64,000 bases of DNA from an uncultured Spartobacteria bacterium (GTDB lineage: Bacteria; Verrucomicrobiota; Verrucomicrobiia; Chthoniobacterales; UBA6821): the NCBI GenBank assembly GCA_903868795.1, contig CAIPWR010000108.1:5589-69588 (forward strand), in the 5' to 3' direction. A model generated the notes under the pieces. It was not told the origin of the DNA. It searched no databases and worked only from the letters and a program-made list of their open reading frames with translations. Both the position numbers and the translations under genes were made by a program. Below are positions 21,127 to 29,370 of the stretch, one piece after another (the stretch's first letter is position 1; each line of letters begins with the position of its first letter).

Positions 21127-21570
21127 CTAGGACAAGGAAGCGGACTGCTCGCGGAGTAACTTGTCGGCAATTGGGGCAATAGCGGCCAAGTGCGTTCTCA
21201 CTTCAAAGTAGCCACTCTGAATCTCAATCTCCGTCAGAAAACCTACGGATCTTAGAGCATCTAGATACTTCGCCTTTGTAATGGTGATGGCTGCAAAGCG
21301 TTCAGAAACATTATTCCAGTCCCTTTCAGCTCCGCCAAAGTAAGGGGATCCTGCTCTCGTTTCCATCGTCATTGCCAGATTTCCGAGAGAAGCATTATCT
21401 CCACCTTGGTTGAATGTTCGCTCAGTCATGGACTGAATCAAATCGAGAGCGCTCTCTAGCTCCACCCGATCTTGCTGGGGTAGATTTATGGTCATTGAAG
21501 CAATATTGCCCCACTGGAGTGGGTGTCTTAGATCCCAGCATAGATATTCAAAGTAGGTTCCTGACTGCAT
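21127..21570 (-). CDS. hypothetical protein inserted between umuD and umuC
   Basis: 147-aa ORF that fills the umuD-umuC gap with 3-nt and 16-nt spacers. No recognisable motif. Confidence 0.5.
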   Translation of the reverse strand: MQSGTYFEYLCWDLRHPLQWGNIASMTINLPQQDRVELESALDLIQSMTERTFNQGGDNASLGNLAMTMETRAGSPYFGGAERDWNNVSERFAAITITKAKYLDALRSVGFLTEIEIQSGYFEVRTHLAAIAPIADKLLREQSASLS

Positions 21571-21573
21571 AGC

Positions 21574-22002
21574 TTATCTCGCTTGATGGATGATGAAGGT
21601 GACGGCTCCCCAGATAGTGAGCTCCTGATTCTCACCCACCTCAATGGGTGAGAAGGAATCATTGGCTGCTTCTAGGAAGATCCTGCCATTCAGCTTGCGG
21701 AATCGCTTTACGGTGAATTCTCCGTCTATCATGGCCACCACGATCTGACGGTCAGCTGGGCTGACTGACTTGTCCACGATCAGGGTATCGCCAGTGTGGA
21801 TCCCCGCATCGCGCATGGACTCCCCCTTCACCCTAACGAGGAAGGTCGCGGCGGGGTTACGGATCAGTTCCTCATTGAGGTCGATCCCGCGCTCCAGATG
21901 GTCATCAGCGGGCGACGGAAAACCGGCTTCCACCGATGCTGAGACTAGGGGAAGTCGGATGCTGGTGCGTTTTTCTAAGGGAATAGGTGCGGAGAGAGAC
22001 AT
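21574..22002 (-). CDS. umuD: UmuD / LexA-like S24 peptidase
   Basis: VEAGFPSPA (Ala-Gly cleavage site), the GESM serine motif and a TVKRF lysine region. Confidence 0.85.
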   Translation of the reverse strand: MSLSAPIPLEKRTSIRLPLVSASVEAGFPSPADDHLERGIDLNEELIRNPAATFLVRVKGESMRDAGIHTGDTLIVDKSVSPADRQIVVAMIDGEFTVKRFRKLNGRIFLEAANDSFSPIEVGENQELTIWGAVTFIIHQAR

Positions 22003-22009
22003 GCGATTT

Positions 22010-22903
22010 TCAGGGCATTCTCTCACTGGAGATCTTGTTGGCAAGTTGCCTCCCCAGAACAGTGTTCATGTACTTCGCATCAGGGATGATTCCCACCCTT
22101 CCTAGATCCAATCGGTCGGCATCCCAGCAGGTGCCGATCGTTGGGTTGGCATTGTGAGTGGTCTCCGTGTGCCAGGTGCAGGCAAACTCCAGAAGTTCAA
22201 ATTGCTCGTCGGTGATCTGAAAATAAGTGCCTCGAAGCTCATGGGCATAAGCCGCACCTCTTCTGCCATGATCTGGGTCTGAGAATTCGTTCTCCCGCCT
22301 GCTGTCATGGAAGAGGGCAAAGAGTCGCACTACGACGGCATCAGCGCCGGAGCTTGCGGCTAGCATTAGTCCGTTCTGCTCGACCCTTTTCCAGTGATCC
22401 GGGCCATGGTCGGAATGCTCGTCCAATGGAAACTGACTGGTGACAATCCGCCAGAGTTTCTCAAAGTCGATTCCTTGGTCAGAAGATTCAATCTTTTCCA
22501 GATTTTTGGATTCTTCATCGGGAAGGATTCTCTTTTCCCAAGCCTCGATCCTGATCCTCTCACCGGAGAGGCATCCGATCACCGAGAGGATTCCGTCTGT
22601 CACGCTGAAGATGGCGTTCTGACCGTGCTTTCTTCCCATCGTGAGAGCCTCCTCATCGGTCAATCCGGCCACTCCCCAGCCTTCCTCGCGATGCGTGAGA
22701 TCCGGAGAACATCCCGTGATTCGGAAGCAGCGAGAGCCAGCAAGATTCAGTTCTTTTCTGAGTTCCTCATCAGCTTTGGCATTGAGTTCGGCTCCGAGGA
22801 TGATGCCGGGGTTATACGCCGTGATGATGTGGAAATTCCGAGGCCACCCACCGGATGGAGGAGAGGCTTGAAAGACTGTCTCGAGATATTCTGGATGAAT
22901 CAT
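22010..22903 (-). CDS. DUF3293-like N-terminal domain fused to an HD-type phosphohydrolase-like domain
   Basis: The N-terminus has IITAYNPG...EGWGVAG...GQNAIF. The C-terminus has HWKRV...LFALFHDSRR...DPDHG. The ATG at 22903 overlaps the upstream stop (ATGA). Confidence 0.55.
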   Translation of the reverse strand: MIHPEYLETVFQASPPSGGWPRNFHIITAYNPGIILGAELNAKADEELRKELNLAGSRCFRITGCSPDLTHREEGWGVAGLTDEEALTMGRKHGQNAIFSVTDGILSVIGCLSGERIRIEAWEKRILPDEESKNLEKIESSDQGIDFEKLWRIVTSQFPLDEHSDHGPDHWKRVEQNGLMLAASSGADAVVVRLFALFHDSRRENEFSDPDHGRRGAAYAHELRGTYFQITDEQFELLEFACTWHTETTHNANPTIGTCWDADRLDLGRVGIIPDAKYMNTVLGRQLANKISSERMP

Positions 22904-23628
22904 TGCGTGTCCTTCGTGACGGCTAAATCTTCTTTTGTGATCGTGGCTGGAACGCTCGGGACGTGAATAACCTCCTTGATTCCAGTGCTCCTGAGAATAG
23001 TCCAGACGGGATCGTCTTCTGAGATGCGGGTCTTGAGGCAAATGACGTGAGGTCCGAGGGCCATGAATCCGAAGCCAAGTGTTCCAAGATCACTTCTGCG
23101 CCTCACATCCAATCCAATCACTGGAGAGAGGGTGATCCCTGATTCTTTTGAGCTCTTCTGCAATGCCCTGATGAAGCTCGTCATCATGGTGGTAAATCCA
23201 TGACCGAATTGGCCATCGTAAGAGCCTTGGTAATCGTATTCGAGAGCCTCGCGTCCTGTCTTTGATGGGAAGCAGAAGTAAGCGATTCCGGACTCATAAA
23301 CAGGACCTGGCTTGGTTCGGATATAGGGACACGGCATGAATACACCAGAGAACCCATATCCGAGGTATTCCACAAAGCTGTCGGCAATCAGAATGCTGTT
23401 GGCCTGATAGGAGACCAAACTCTGCTTCTCATCACAGTCGGTGGGTTGCTGTTTGACGCCGAAAACCTCATCCTCCCCACACTGCATCACTAGACCAAAG
23501 TCAGCTCCATTGTGTGTTTCTGGAAATCGAAACGCTCCGTAGGGAAAATAGGATCTTATGGCTCGAAGTATCTCTACGGGGGGCTCTAGCAATGTTACTT
23601 CGCCTTGGGGTGTCTGAACGGTTTTCAT
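22900..23628 (-). CDS. hypothetical protein
   Basis: 242-aa ORF, translationally coupled to the downstream gene. No motif recognised. Confidence 0.5.
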   Translation of the reverse strand: MKTVQTPQGEVTLLEPPVEILRAIRSYFPYGAFRFPETHNGADFGLVMQCGEDEVFGVKQQPTDCDEKQSLVSYQANSILIADSFVEYLGYGFSGVFMPCPYIRTKPGPVYESGIAYFCFPSKTGREALEYDYQGSYDGQFGHGFTTMMTSFIRALQKSSKESGITLSPVIGLDVRRRSDLGTLGFGFMALGPHVICLKTRISEDDPVWTILRSTGIKEVIHVPSVPATITKEDLAVTKDTQ

Positions 23629-23688
23629 GATGGATGATTATACCAGTGAAAGTAGACACAGGGTGTCCTAGGCCAGAGAAACAAATAA

Positions 23689-25383
23689 CTACGTGTTTAC
23701 AGTTAGCTGGTAGCTTTCAAGTTCGTTCGGATGAACGCATCTGATCATCGAGACATAGCCGTTTCTATGTTTTCCGCTACTGAAGAAAGTGCATCCACCC
23801 GGCTCCTCCTGATCATCTTGAAATGAGAAAGCAAAATACCTTAAGACGCCTTCATGGACGCCCGTTCCAGCCTTGAAGATTGACATTTGAGACTTTGTCT
23901 TTTTCCCGCTGATATGCCTCCCCAAAAAAGACAACAGATCATGTCTGCCTCGTATAATAACCTTGGAAGGTGCGTTTATATACGAGACATCTTCAACGAG
24001 CAGCCTGGAGAGACCCGATAAATCGCCCTCATTAAGACCTCTCACGTAGCTTTCCACCGCCTTAGCATCATCAAAAGGGAGTTCACGTATCTCCTCCAAT
24101 TTTTCATTCATTGAGGCGGGATTAAGAAACTCCGGTCTCCGAGCGAAAGAGAGGGGGGAAATCTCATCACTGAACTCCTCAAGTCCTTCCACAGAAATAT
24201 TGAATCCGTCATCTACTGGATCCAATAGGACGCTTAGATGAAGGCAACCCATTCCCTGATCTAAGGCCTCTAGTCTATTGATCTGGCGCTGCTCCTCGGA
24301 AAGCGACTCCCGGTTACTGCATGATTCACTCTTTGTATCAACATATAGTAGAAGGCGCTGATCACCCTTTCTCACCGAAAAAGCAGGATGTTTTTTTCTG
24401 AATAGTACTCCCTCCAGGCAATCCACTTCCCATCCATCAGTCAAAAACGCAGCTCCGACAATTTGGAGAGCAAGTGGAAGCTGTGGGTTCGAGTACAAGT
24501 AGGAAATCCCGGCCAGAAGTCCATTGGGCATTCCCGATGCATCGTTCGGGAGTTCAATGTCCATCAATGAAGTTTGGTCCTCGGAGGGACCGATTGGCCC
24601 TCCCTGCAACCAGGCCGTCCCCGCCACGGAATCCCCCTCGGCTGGCTTGTATGAACCGAGGACCTTGTTACTGGCATATATCCTGACACGTATCGGTTCA
24701 TCGCCATCGGGTCTAAGATTCAACTGAATGATGCATCCTTCCCCATAAAGACCTTCATATGGGAGTACCTCCTCCACGACGGACTGAAATTCAAAATCTG
24801 CGTCTCCCTGATCTACATAATACCTTCCACCCTCCATCTGGAGGCGAATTGATCGGAAGTCAGAATGATCGCTGTCCGAATCGCCTTTCTTTTCTTGTAT
24901 CTTGGGCCCCGCAGAAAACATCTTCTGATCCAACTCAGGGCATCCCTCCACCTTACTAAGCGTGTAAGCGAAGGCTGCGAGGCCCCAGATGTAACGATGC
25001 CCGTTGGTTAGTATCGATTGAAGGCAATTGTAGACCGCACAAAAGACCTCAATCTCAAAACCATCTTTAGCGAGCAGGCGGACGATGCCTTCGTGCGATG
25101 ATCCGTCCTCTTCCATGATTGGCTTCAGCGTATGTACCTGAAACTCGTTCTTAGTTTCCCTTTCGGGTTCCTCAAGGATTGGATAGGAAGATTCTGGCTC
25201 CTTGTCGGGATGAGTTCGGATGGTGACTGCTGAGACCGGCTCTTCATTCCCCACCAGATACTGTCCCTCTGCCATGTATTCTCCGTCCCAAAGAAGATTT
25301 CCCGTTTTGAGCACATGATCGATGTGCCTTTCGATTGTAGCTTCATCGCCCAAAACAGTAAGCCAATGCCTTGTGTGATTCAT
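23689..25383 (-). CDS. hypothetical protein (564 aa)
   Basis: Long uninterrupted ORF with no motif recognised. The C-terminal ~110 aa may be NTF2/SnoaL-like (weak). Confidence 0.55.
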   Translation of the reverse strand: MNHTRHWLTVLGDEATIERHIDHVLKTGNLLWDGEYMAEGQYLVGNEEPVSAVTIRTHPDKEPESSYPILEEPERETKNEFQVHTLKPIMEEDGSSHEGIVRLLAKDGFEIEVFCAVYNCLQSILTNGHRYIWGLAAFAYTLSKVEGCPELDQKMFSAGPKIQEKKGDSDSDHSDFRSIRLQMEGGRYYVDQGDADFEFQSVVEEVLPYEGLYGEGCIIQLNLRPDGDEPIRVRIYASNKVLGSYKPAEGDSVAGTAWLQGGPIGPSEDQTSLMDIELPNDASGMPNGLLAGISYLYSNPQLPLALQIVGAAFLTDGWEVDCLEGVLFRKKHPAFSVRKGDQRLLLYVDTKSESCSNRESLSEEQRQINRLEALDQGMGCLHLSVLLDPVDDGFNISVEGLEEFSDEISPLSFARRPEFLNPASMNEKLEEIRELPFDDAKAVESYVRGLNEGDLSGLSRLLVEDVSYINAPSKVIIRGRHDLLSFLGRHISGKKTKSQMSIFKAGTGVHEGVLRYFAFSFQDDQEEPGGCTFFSSGKHRNGYVSMIRCVHPNELESYQLTVNT

Positions 25384-25502
25384 GGGGCCATTCTTTTACC
25401 ACGGAATAATTCATAGAGCTACAAACGTTACCTTTATGACACATGAAAGGTTTGTCTCGAGGGAAGTCCTCTGCTATAAAATTCACAGCATCAGGAACGT
25501 CT

Positions 25503-25620
25503 TTGGGTAACACCAAGGGCTGCCAACCTAGGAAGGAGAAATATCCTAAGGTGGCTGGGTGAGGAAACTCACCCTTGGATAGGGAAACCTATCCGATGTG
25601 CAGCGGGGAGAAATCCCGCT
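25503..25620 (+). ncRNA. candidate structured RNA (unknown class): tandem GAAA-tetraloop hairpins
   Basis: gggtgag-GAAA-ctcaccc (25557-25574) and ggatagg-GAAA-cctatcc (25577-25594), each a 7-bp stem. Also agcggg..cccgct (25602-25620), cctagga..tcctaagg (25527-25551) and ttgg-gtaaca-ccaa (25503-25516). Lies in a 354-nt ORF-free gap. The strand is inferred from the GNRA loops. Confidence 0.4.
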
Positions 25621-25737
25621 GAACAACTATCTCTCCGGCTTTCTAAAGCGCTCTTCCTGATCATCCGATCAACGGGGGGCTTTTTTTATTGCCCGGGTTC
25701 CTGGTGTTTCACCTCAAACGAGAAAGGAAACACCAAC

Positions 25738-25950
25738 ATGAGTCACAAACCCACCCTGGCAGTAAGGATCACCAAGAATCCGTTCCATCATCTTTGGAAC
25801 AACAACGGCACCTGGTGGTGCCACTACACCGAGCACCTACAGGATTACACCAAGTGGCGTGTCCGTCGCAGCCTCCACACGAGCGATTCATCGCTCGCCC
25901 GCGTTCTCCGGGATTCCCTCCTCTGCGAGGCGGCCCATTACGAAGCCTAG
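25738..25950 (+). CDS. small basic hypothetical protein (70 aa)
   Basis: ATG ORF downstream of the RNA candidate. The segment HLWNNNGTWWCHYT...RVRRSLHTSD loosely recalls N-terminal arm regions of tyrosine integrases. No catalytic domain follows. Confidence 0.35.
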   Translation: MSHKPTLAVRITKNPFHHLWNNNGTWWCHYTEHLQDYTKWRVRRSLHTSDSSLARVLRDSLLCEAAHYEA

Positions 25951-26152
25951 GACGCCCAGCGACCTACAACCCAAGCCATACTGCGACCATGCACGGACTC
26001 CAGGAAATCATCTACGCCAATAGGGAAGTCGCCCGAAAGCATAAGGCACGTGCTCTCAGGAAACGAGCTGAACGCGCACAGCAAGTCATTGCCGAGTGCA
26101 TCGTAAGCAGCAGGGGCATTTCGTTCACAACCTCCAAATGTCGATCCAAACC

Positions 26153-26854
26153 ATGAGCACTGAATTCACAAGTCCCGTCGATCTCCCCATCACCCGTTCC
26201 CAGTTCCTTCTCGGAGGGCTAGGTACGATTGCCTTGGCATTGCTTCCTTTTCGGAAGTCAGTGAACACAGTCGCCAGCACAACGTCACCATCGACCCTGC
26301 TTGTTAGGAGGGAGAGTTTAGAGATCCCGGATTACTCATTGGATCAAGCTCGTGAGAAGCTCGATCTCTGGAACATCAAACACCGAGAATCTGCACGCTC
26401 TCTCAAGTGTGAACCCCCTTTATCAGTCATCCTGGGGTTGCTTTTATTTAAGGATCGTCATGACGGCATCGAACGAGATGGTTGGAGGAACAATCCCCTT
26501 AATAAAGAGCTTAGGGAGTTTTTTACCCAAAATAGAATCAGGAGGATCCTTGTGGTAATTGCGAGCGGGGAAGCTGGCCAGCCAATACATGACATCCTGC
26601 AAAGGGAACTACACAAGACCGGAGGATTCGGACCAATCATGAGCCAAATGCCTCTTCATCTGCACTATAGAGCATATATCAAATCTCGGGTTCTCGATTG
26701 CTACGATCCCGCAGATCTCGATTCCACAACTGAGGGATGCAGGCTGAAAGGATTGAGGCGGAGTTTAGCCTCTTGCGGAGAGGTCAATCTCGATGAGTTG
26801 CTTGCGTTGCCATTCCAAGATGCTTTTCGGGAAAGGATGGATGATTTCGTCTGA
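26153..26854 (+). CDS. hypothetical protein with N-terminal hydrophobic anchor/signal
   Basis: The ATG at 26153 overlaps the stop of a 55-codon upstream ORF (25989..26156, ATGA). N-terminus is TRSQFLLGGLGTIALALLPF. Confidence 0.45.
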   Translation: MSTEFTSPVDLPITRSQFLLGGLGTIALALLPFRKSVNTVASTTSPSTLLVRRESLEIPDYSLDQAREKLDLWNIKHRESARSLKCEPPLSVILGLLLFKDRHDGIERDGWRNNPLNKELREFFTQNRIRRILVVIASGEAGQPIHDILQRELHKTGGFGPIMSQMPLHLHYRAYIKSRVLDCYDPADLDSTTEGCRLKGLRRSLASCGEVNLDELLALPFQDAFRERMDDFV

Positions 26855-27209
26855 AGCTATCTAAACGGCAAGAAATCTCACGTAGGTTATCTGGAAACAC
26901 GTTTTTTCGGACCTCCACAATGACGGGTGTGGTGGGTTTGAGAGAGTCTCGGGTCCCGGCAGCCCTCTGTCTGTGGATCAGCCTTGGGCACACTCCTCCA
27001 AATACTGGGGGGAGATCATGACTGACTGCCTAGTCTTTGGAGAGTTCCGACTTGGAGAGACCCAGTGACTTCCCAGGGAACGAGTGGAGCCATTCCTCAA
27101 GGACCTCTTGAAGAAGAGTAACTTCAACAGGATGGGGGGAGGGGAAGGGCCTACTTTGGAAGAATGGATCATGAGGGAATACGATACCTCCAAGTAAGCC
27201 CTTAACGAA

Positions 27210-27482
27210 CTACCCTCCGGCAATTGCTGGAACGATGGAAATCACGTCGGAGTCTTTGACGGGCGTTTGCTTCTCCTGAAGGAAGCGCACGTCCTCGTCG
27301 TTGAGGAAGATATTCACGAAGCGGCGGATTTCTCCCTGCTCGTCCACAATGCGCTCGGCGAAGCCGGGATAGGTTCTGTTAAGTTCGTTGAGAATGTCAC
27401 CGAGGGAGGAGCCCGTTACGGGAACCTCCTCCTGATTGTCGGTGAGCTTCCTGAGAGGGGCGGGGATGCGGATTGTTGCCAT
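27210..27482 (-). CDS. ThiS/MoaD/CysO-family ubiquitin-fold sulfur-carrier-like protein
   Basis: 90 aa starting MATIRIP. Contains RFVNIFLNDEDVRF and ends in IVPAIAGG followed by the stop (C-terminal Gly-Gly). Confidence 0.8.
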   Translation of the reverse strand: MATIRIPAPLRKLTDNQEEVPVTGSSLGDILNELNRTYPGFAERIVDEQGEIRRFVNIFLNDEDVRFLQEKQTPVKDSDVISIVPAIAGG

Positions 27483-27505
27483 GGTCGTGGAATGAAAGTG
27501 GGGGG

Positions 27506-27796
27506 TTACTTGGAGGATGCAGTTTTCTTCGGGTGACGGAGCTTCAGGACCTTGGACCTCAGATCCTCCTCGGAGATCTCGCTGGTGGCGGCCCAGCCTC
27601 CCTGGCCGTCGACGGCATAGACCTAGATTGGTTTGCCGGGAGTATTGCCAGGTTCGTTGAGATAGGTTTTGTGAAGGACGCCGAGACGACACGGCTTTCC
27701 CTGTGCGTTGACGCCCCAGGCCTCGCTGAGTGGCTCAAGGGGTTGGAAACCCCATCCGGAGGCAGGGATGGGACGGAAGGTTATGTTCTTGCTCAT
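27506..27796 (-). pseudogene. small ORF interrupted by an in-frame TAG (27623-27625)
   Basis: MSKNITFRPIPASGWGF...GKPI-TAG-VYAVDGQGGWAATSEISEEDLRSKVLKLRHPKKTASSK-TAA, all in one frame. It lies directly upstream of the ThiS-like gene. Confidence 0.4.
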
Positions 27797-28125
27797 GGGT
27801 GTCTGTGGTTGGTTGGGGTTGGGACACCGGGAATCCGGAAATGCATAACCGCCGACTCCTATCAGAAAGCGGCGGTTGGATCCGGGAGACTGATTTTGTT
27901 CGGAGGATTTCTCCCGCCGCACATCGGATGAGTTAACTCATCCAGCCACCTTGGGTGTGTCTCCTCCCAGGTTGGCACCGCCCGCTTTCGCGGAGGAATT
28001 CCTGAGGTCTGCCACATTACCAGAACACTCATTTCCAAGGAAAACTCTCGGTGTGTCATACGCTCATCATTGTGGGATTTCTCGTCCTTTTCCTTTCCCT
28101 TGCAGAGGAGACAGGCGCACGCTAG

Positions 28126-29316
28126 GTGAGAGGAATGCCCAAGCGTTCCTCTCCCAAATCCTCCTCTTCCCCGAAGCAGAAAAAATCTTCCGTCGTTGAA
28201 AAGACGGTGCCTGTGATGCAGAAAGCTGCAGAAGCTACCAAGGCGAAGGCCAAGCTATCGGCCGAGAAACCATCCTCACAGGGAATCATTCAGGGAAACA
28301 CATCCCGTGATCATATCTATCGGATCTTCGTGATCTTTTCTGAGGTTCAGAATGAGCGTTATCCCACACCAAAAAAGCTGGCAGCTCTTTGCGACGTCAA
28401 AGACAGGACAATCCTTCGTGACATCGATCAGATCAATGGACTTTTGAGCAATTTTGAGACCACTCATGAAAAAGTCGGAAGGGTCGACACCAACGCAATA
28501 GAGTTCGATCACCAGAAAGGTGGGTACCGCCTCAGGCATAAACTCAACCACTTCCCGATCATCCGTGTTGAGGACCCTGATCTGTTAACTCTTCATTTTC
28601 TTCGCCAGTGCCTGGAGCCCTACAAGGACACGGGTATCGGAAAGAGCATGATCGAGTCCTTTAACCGCACCTTCGGTATCCTAACAGGAACGACAGACTG
28701 GAAGCAGTGGGAGCGGATCGTCCACTTCCGGTTTGAGGGTAAGCCCGAGGTTGCCAAGGAGGATGTGAAGCTCTTTGACCTCCTGCACAAGGCTATCAGG
28801 GAAAACCTTCAGGTATCGCTCGACTACAAGCCTGCCAAGGATCCCAAGAGCACACGCATCATCGAGCCTCACTTCCTCTTCATGCGTAACGGTTCCTGGT
28901 ATCTCTATGCCTCAAAGGCCGGCAAGCCCGAGAAGCGTACCCTGAAGTTCGCCCGCATCAGTAATGCCAAACTCACCGGCGAGAAGTTCACCCACGTCCG
29001 GATGGATCCCAAGGACTGCTTTGAATACAGCTTCGGAGTCGTCCCCTCCCAATCCAAGGCTCTCAAGAATCCTGTCGTATTGGAGTTCACCAAGGAGTCC
29101 GCCCAGCGAGTTTCCGAGACACTCTGGCATCCCGAACAAAAAGTGAAGGATCTCCCTGGAGGCGGAGTGCGCCTGGAGCTTCCCTTCGACGAACCGACCT
29201 ACCTGGAACTGAAGCCATGGATCCTCAGCTGGGGTGCCTCAGCCAGAATCATCGGACCGAGAGAACTCAAGGATAAAGTGGCAGAGGATGTGCGGGCGAT
29301 GGCTGCTGGGATTTGA
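28126..29316 (+). CDS. WYL-domain transcriptional regulator
   Basis: Lys/Ser-rich N-terminal tail, an HTH-like YPTPKKLAALCDVKDRTILRDIDQI segment, and the NGSWYLYA WYL signature, followed by a C-terminal extension. Confidence 0.8.
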   Translation: MRGMPKRSSPKSSSSPKQKKSSVVEKTVPVMQKAAEATKAKAKLSAEKPSSQGIIQGNTSRDHIYRIFVIFSEVQNERYPTPKKLAALCDVKDRTILRDIDQINGLLSNFETTHEKVGRVDTNAIEFDHQKGGYRLRHKLNHFPIIRVEDPDLLTLHFLRQCLEPYKDTGIGKSMIESFNRTFGILTGTTDWKQWERIVHFRFEGKPEVAKEDVKLFDLLHKAIRENLQVSLDYKPAKDPKSTRIIEPHFLFMRNGSWYLYASKAGKPEKRTLKFARISNAKLTGEKFTHVRMDPKDCFEYSFGVVPSQSKALKNPVVLEFTKESAQRVSETLWHPEQKVKDLPGGGVRLELPFDEPTYLELKPWILSWGASARIIGPRELKDKVAEDVRAMAAGI

Positions 29317-29370
29317 GCCAAAACACCAGCCCTATTAATCCGAGCATATACCGCCTCCCTGTCCTCTTCC

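Noticed and set aside
22057-22067. Palindrome GAACA-g-TGTTC near the umuD start, considered as a possible LexA/SOS box.
   Set aside because: It lies inside the upstream coding sequence. Its half-site order and 1-nt spacing do not match the SOS-box architectures I know (for example CTGT-N8-ACAG or TGTTC-N4-GAACA). A single occurrence is not significant.
25452-25650. Resemblance of the RNA candidate to RNase P RNA: gagggaagtcc versus the CR-I sequence GAGGAAAGUCC, and ctccggcttt versus the CR-V sequence CCCGGCUUA.
   Set aside because: The region is only about 190 nt, far shorter than any bacterial RNase P RNA. The specificity-domain elements are missing and the matches are short. I treat it as an unknown RNA instead.
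27200-27212. Possible read-through of the ThiS-like gene's TAG to give a C-terminally extended, ubiquitin-precursor-like protein.
   Set aside because: TAG is used as an ordinary stop elsewhere in the window (for example at 3032 and 58728). The downstream frame hits another TAG after 59 codons, and nothing supports recoding.
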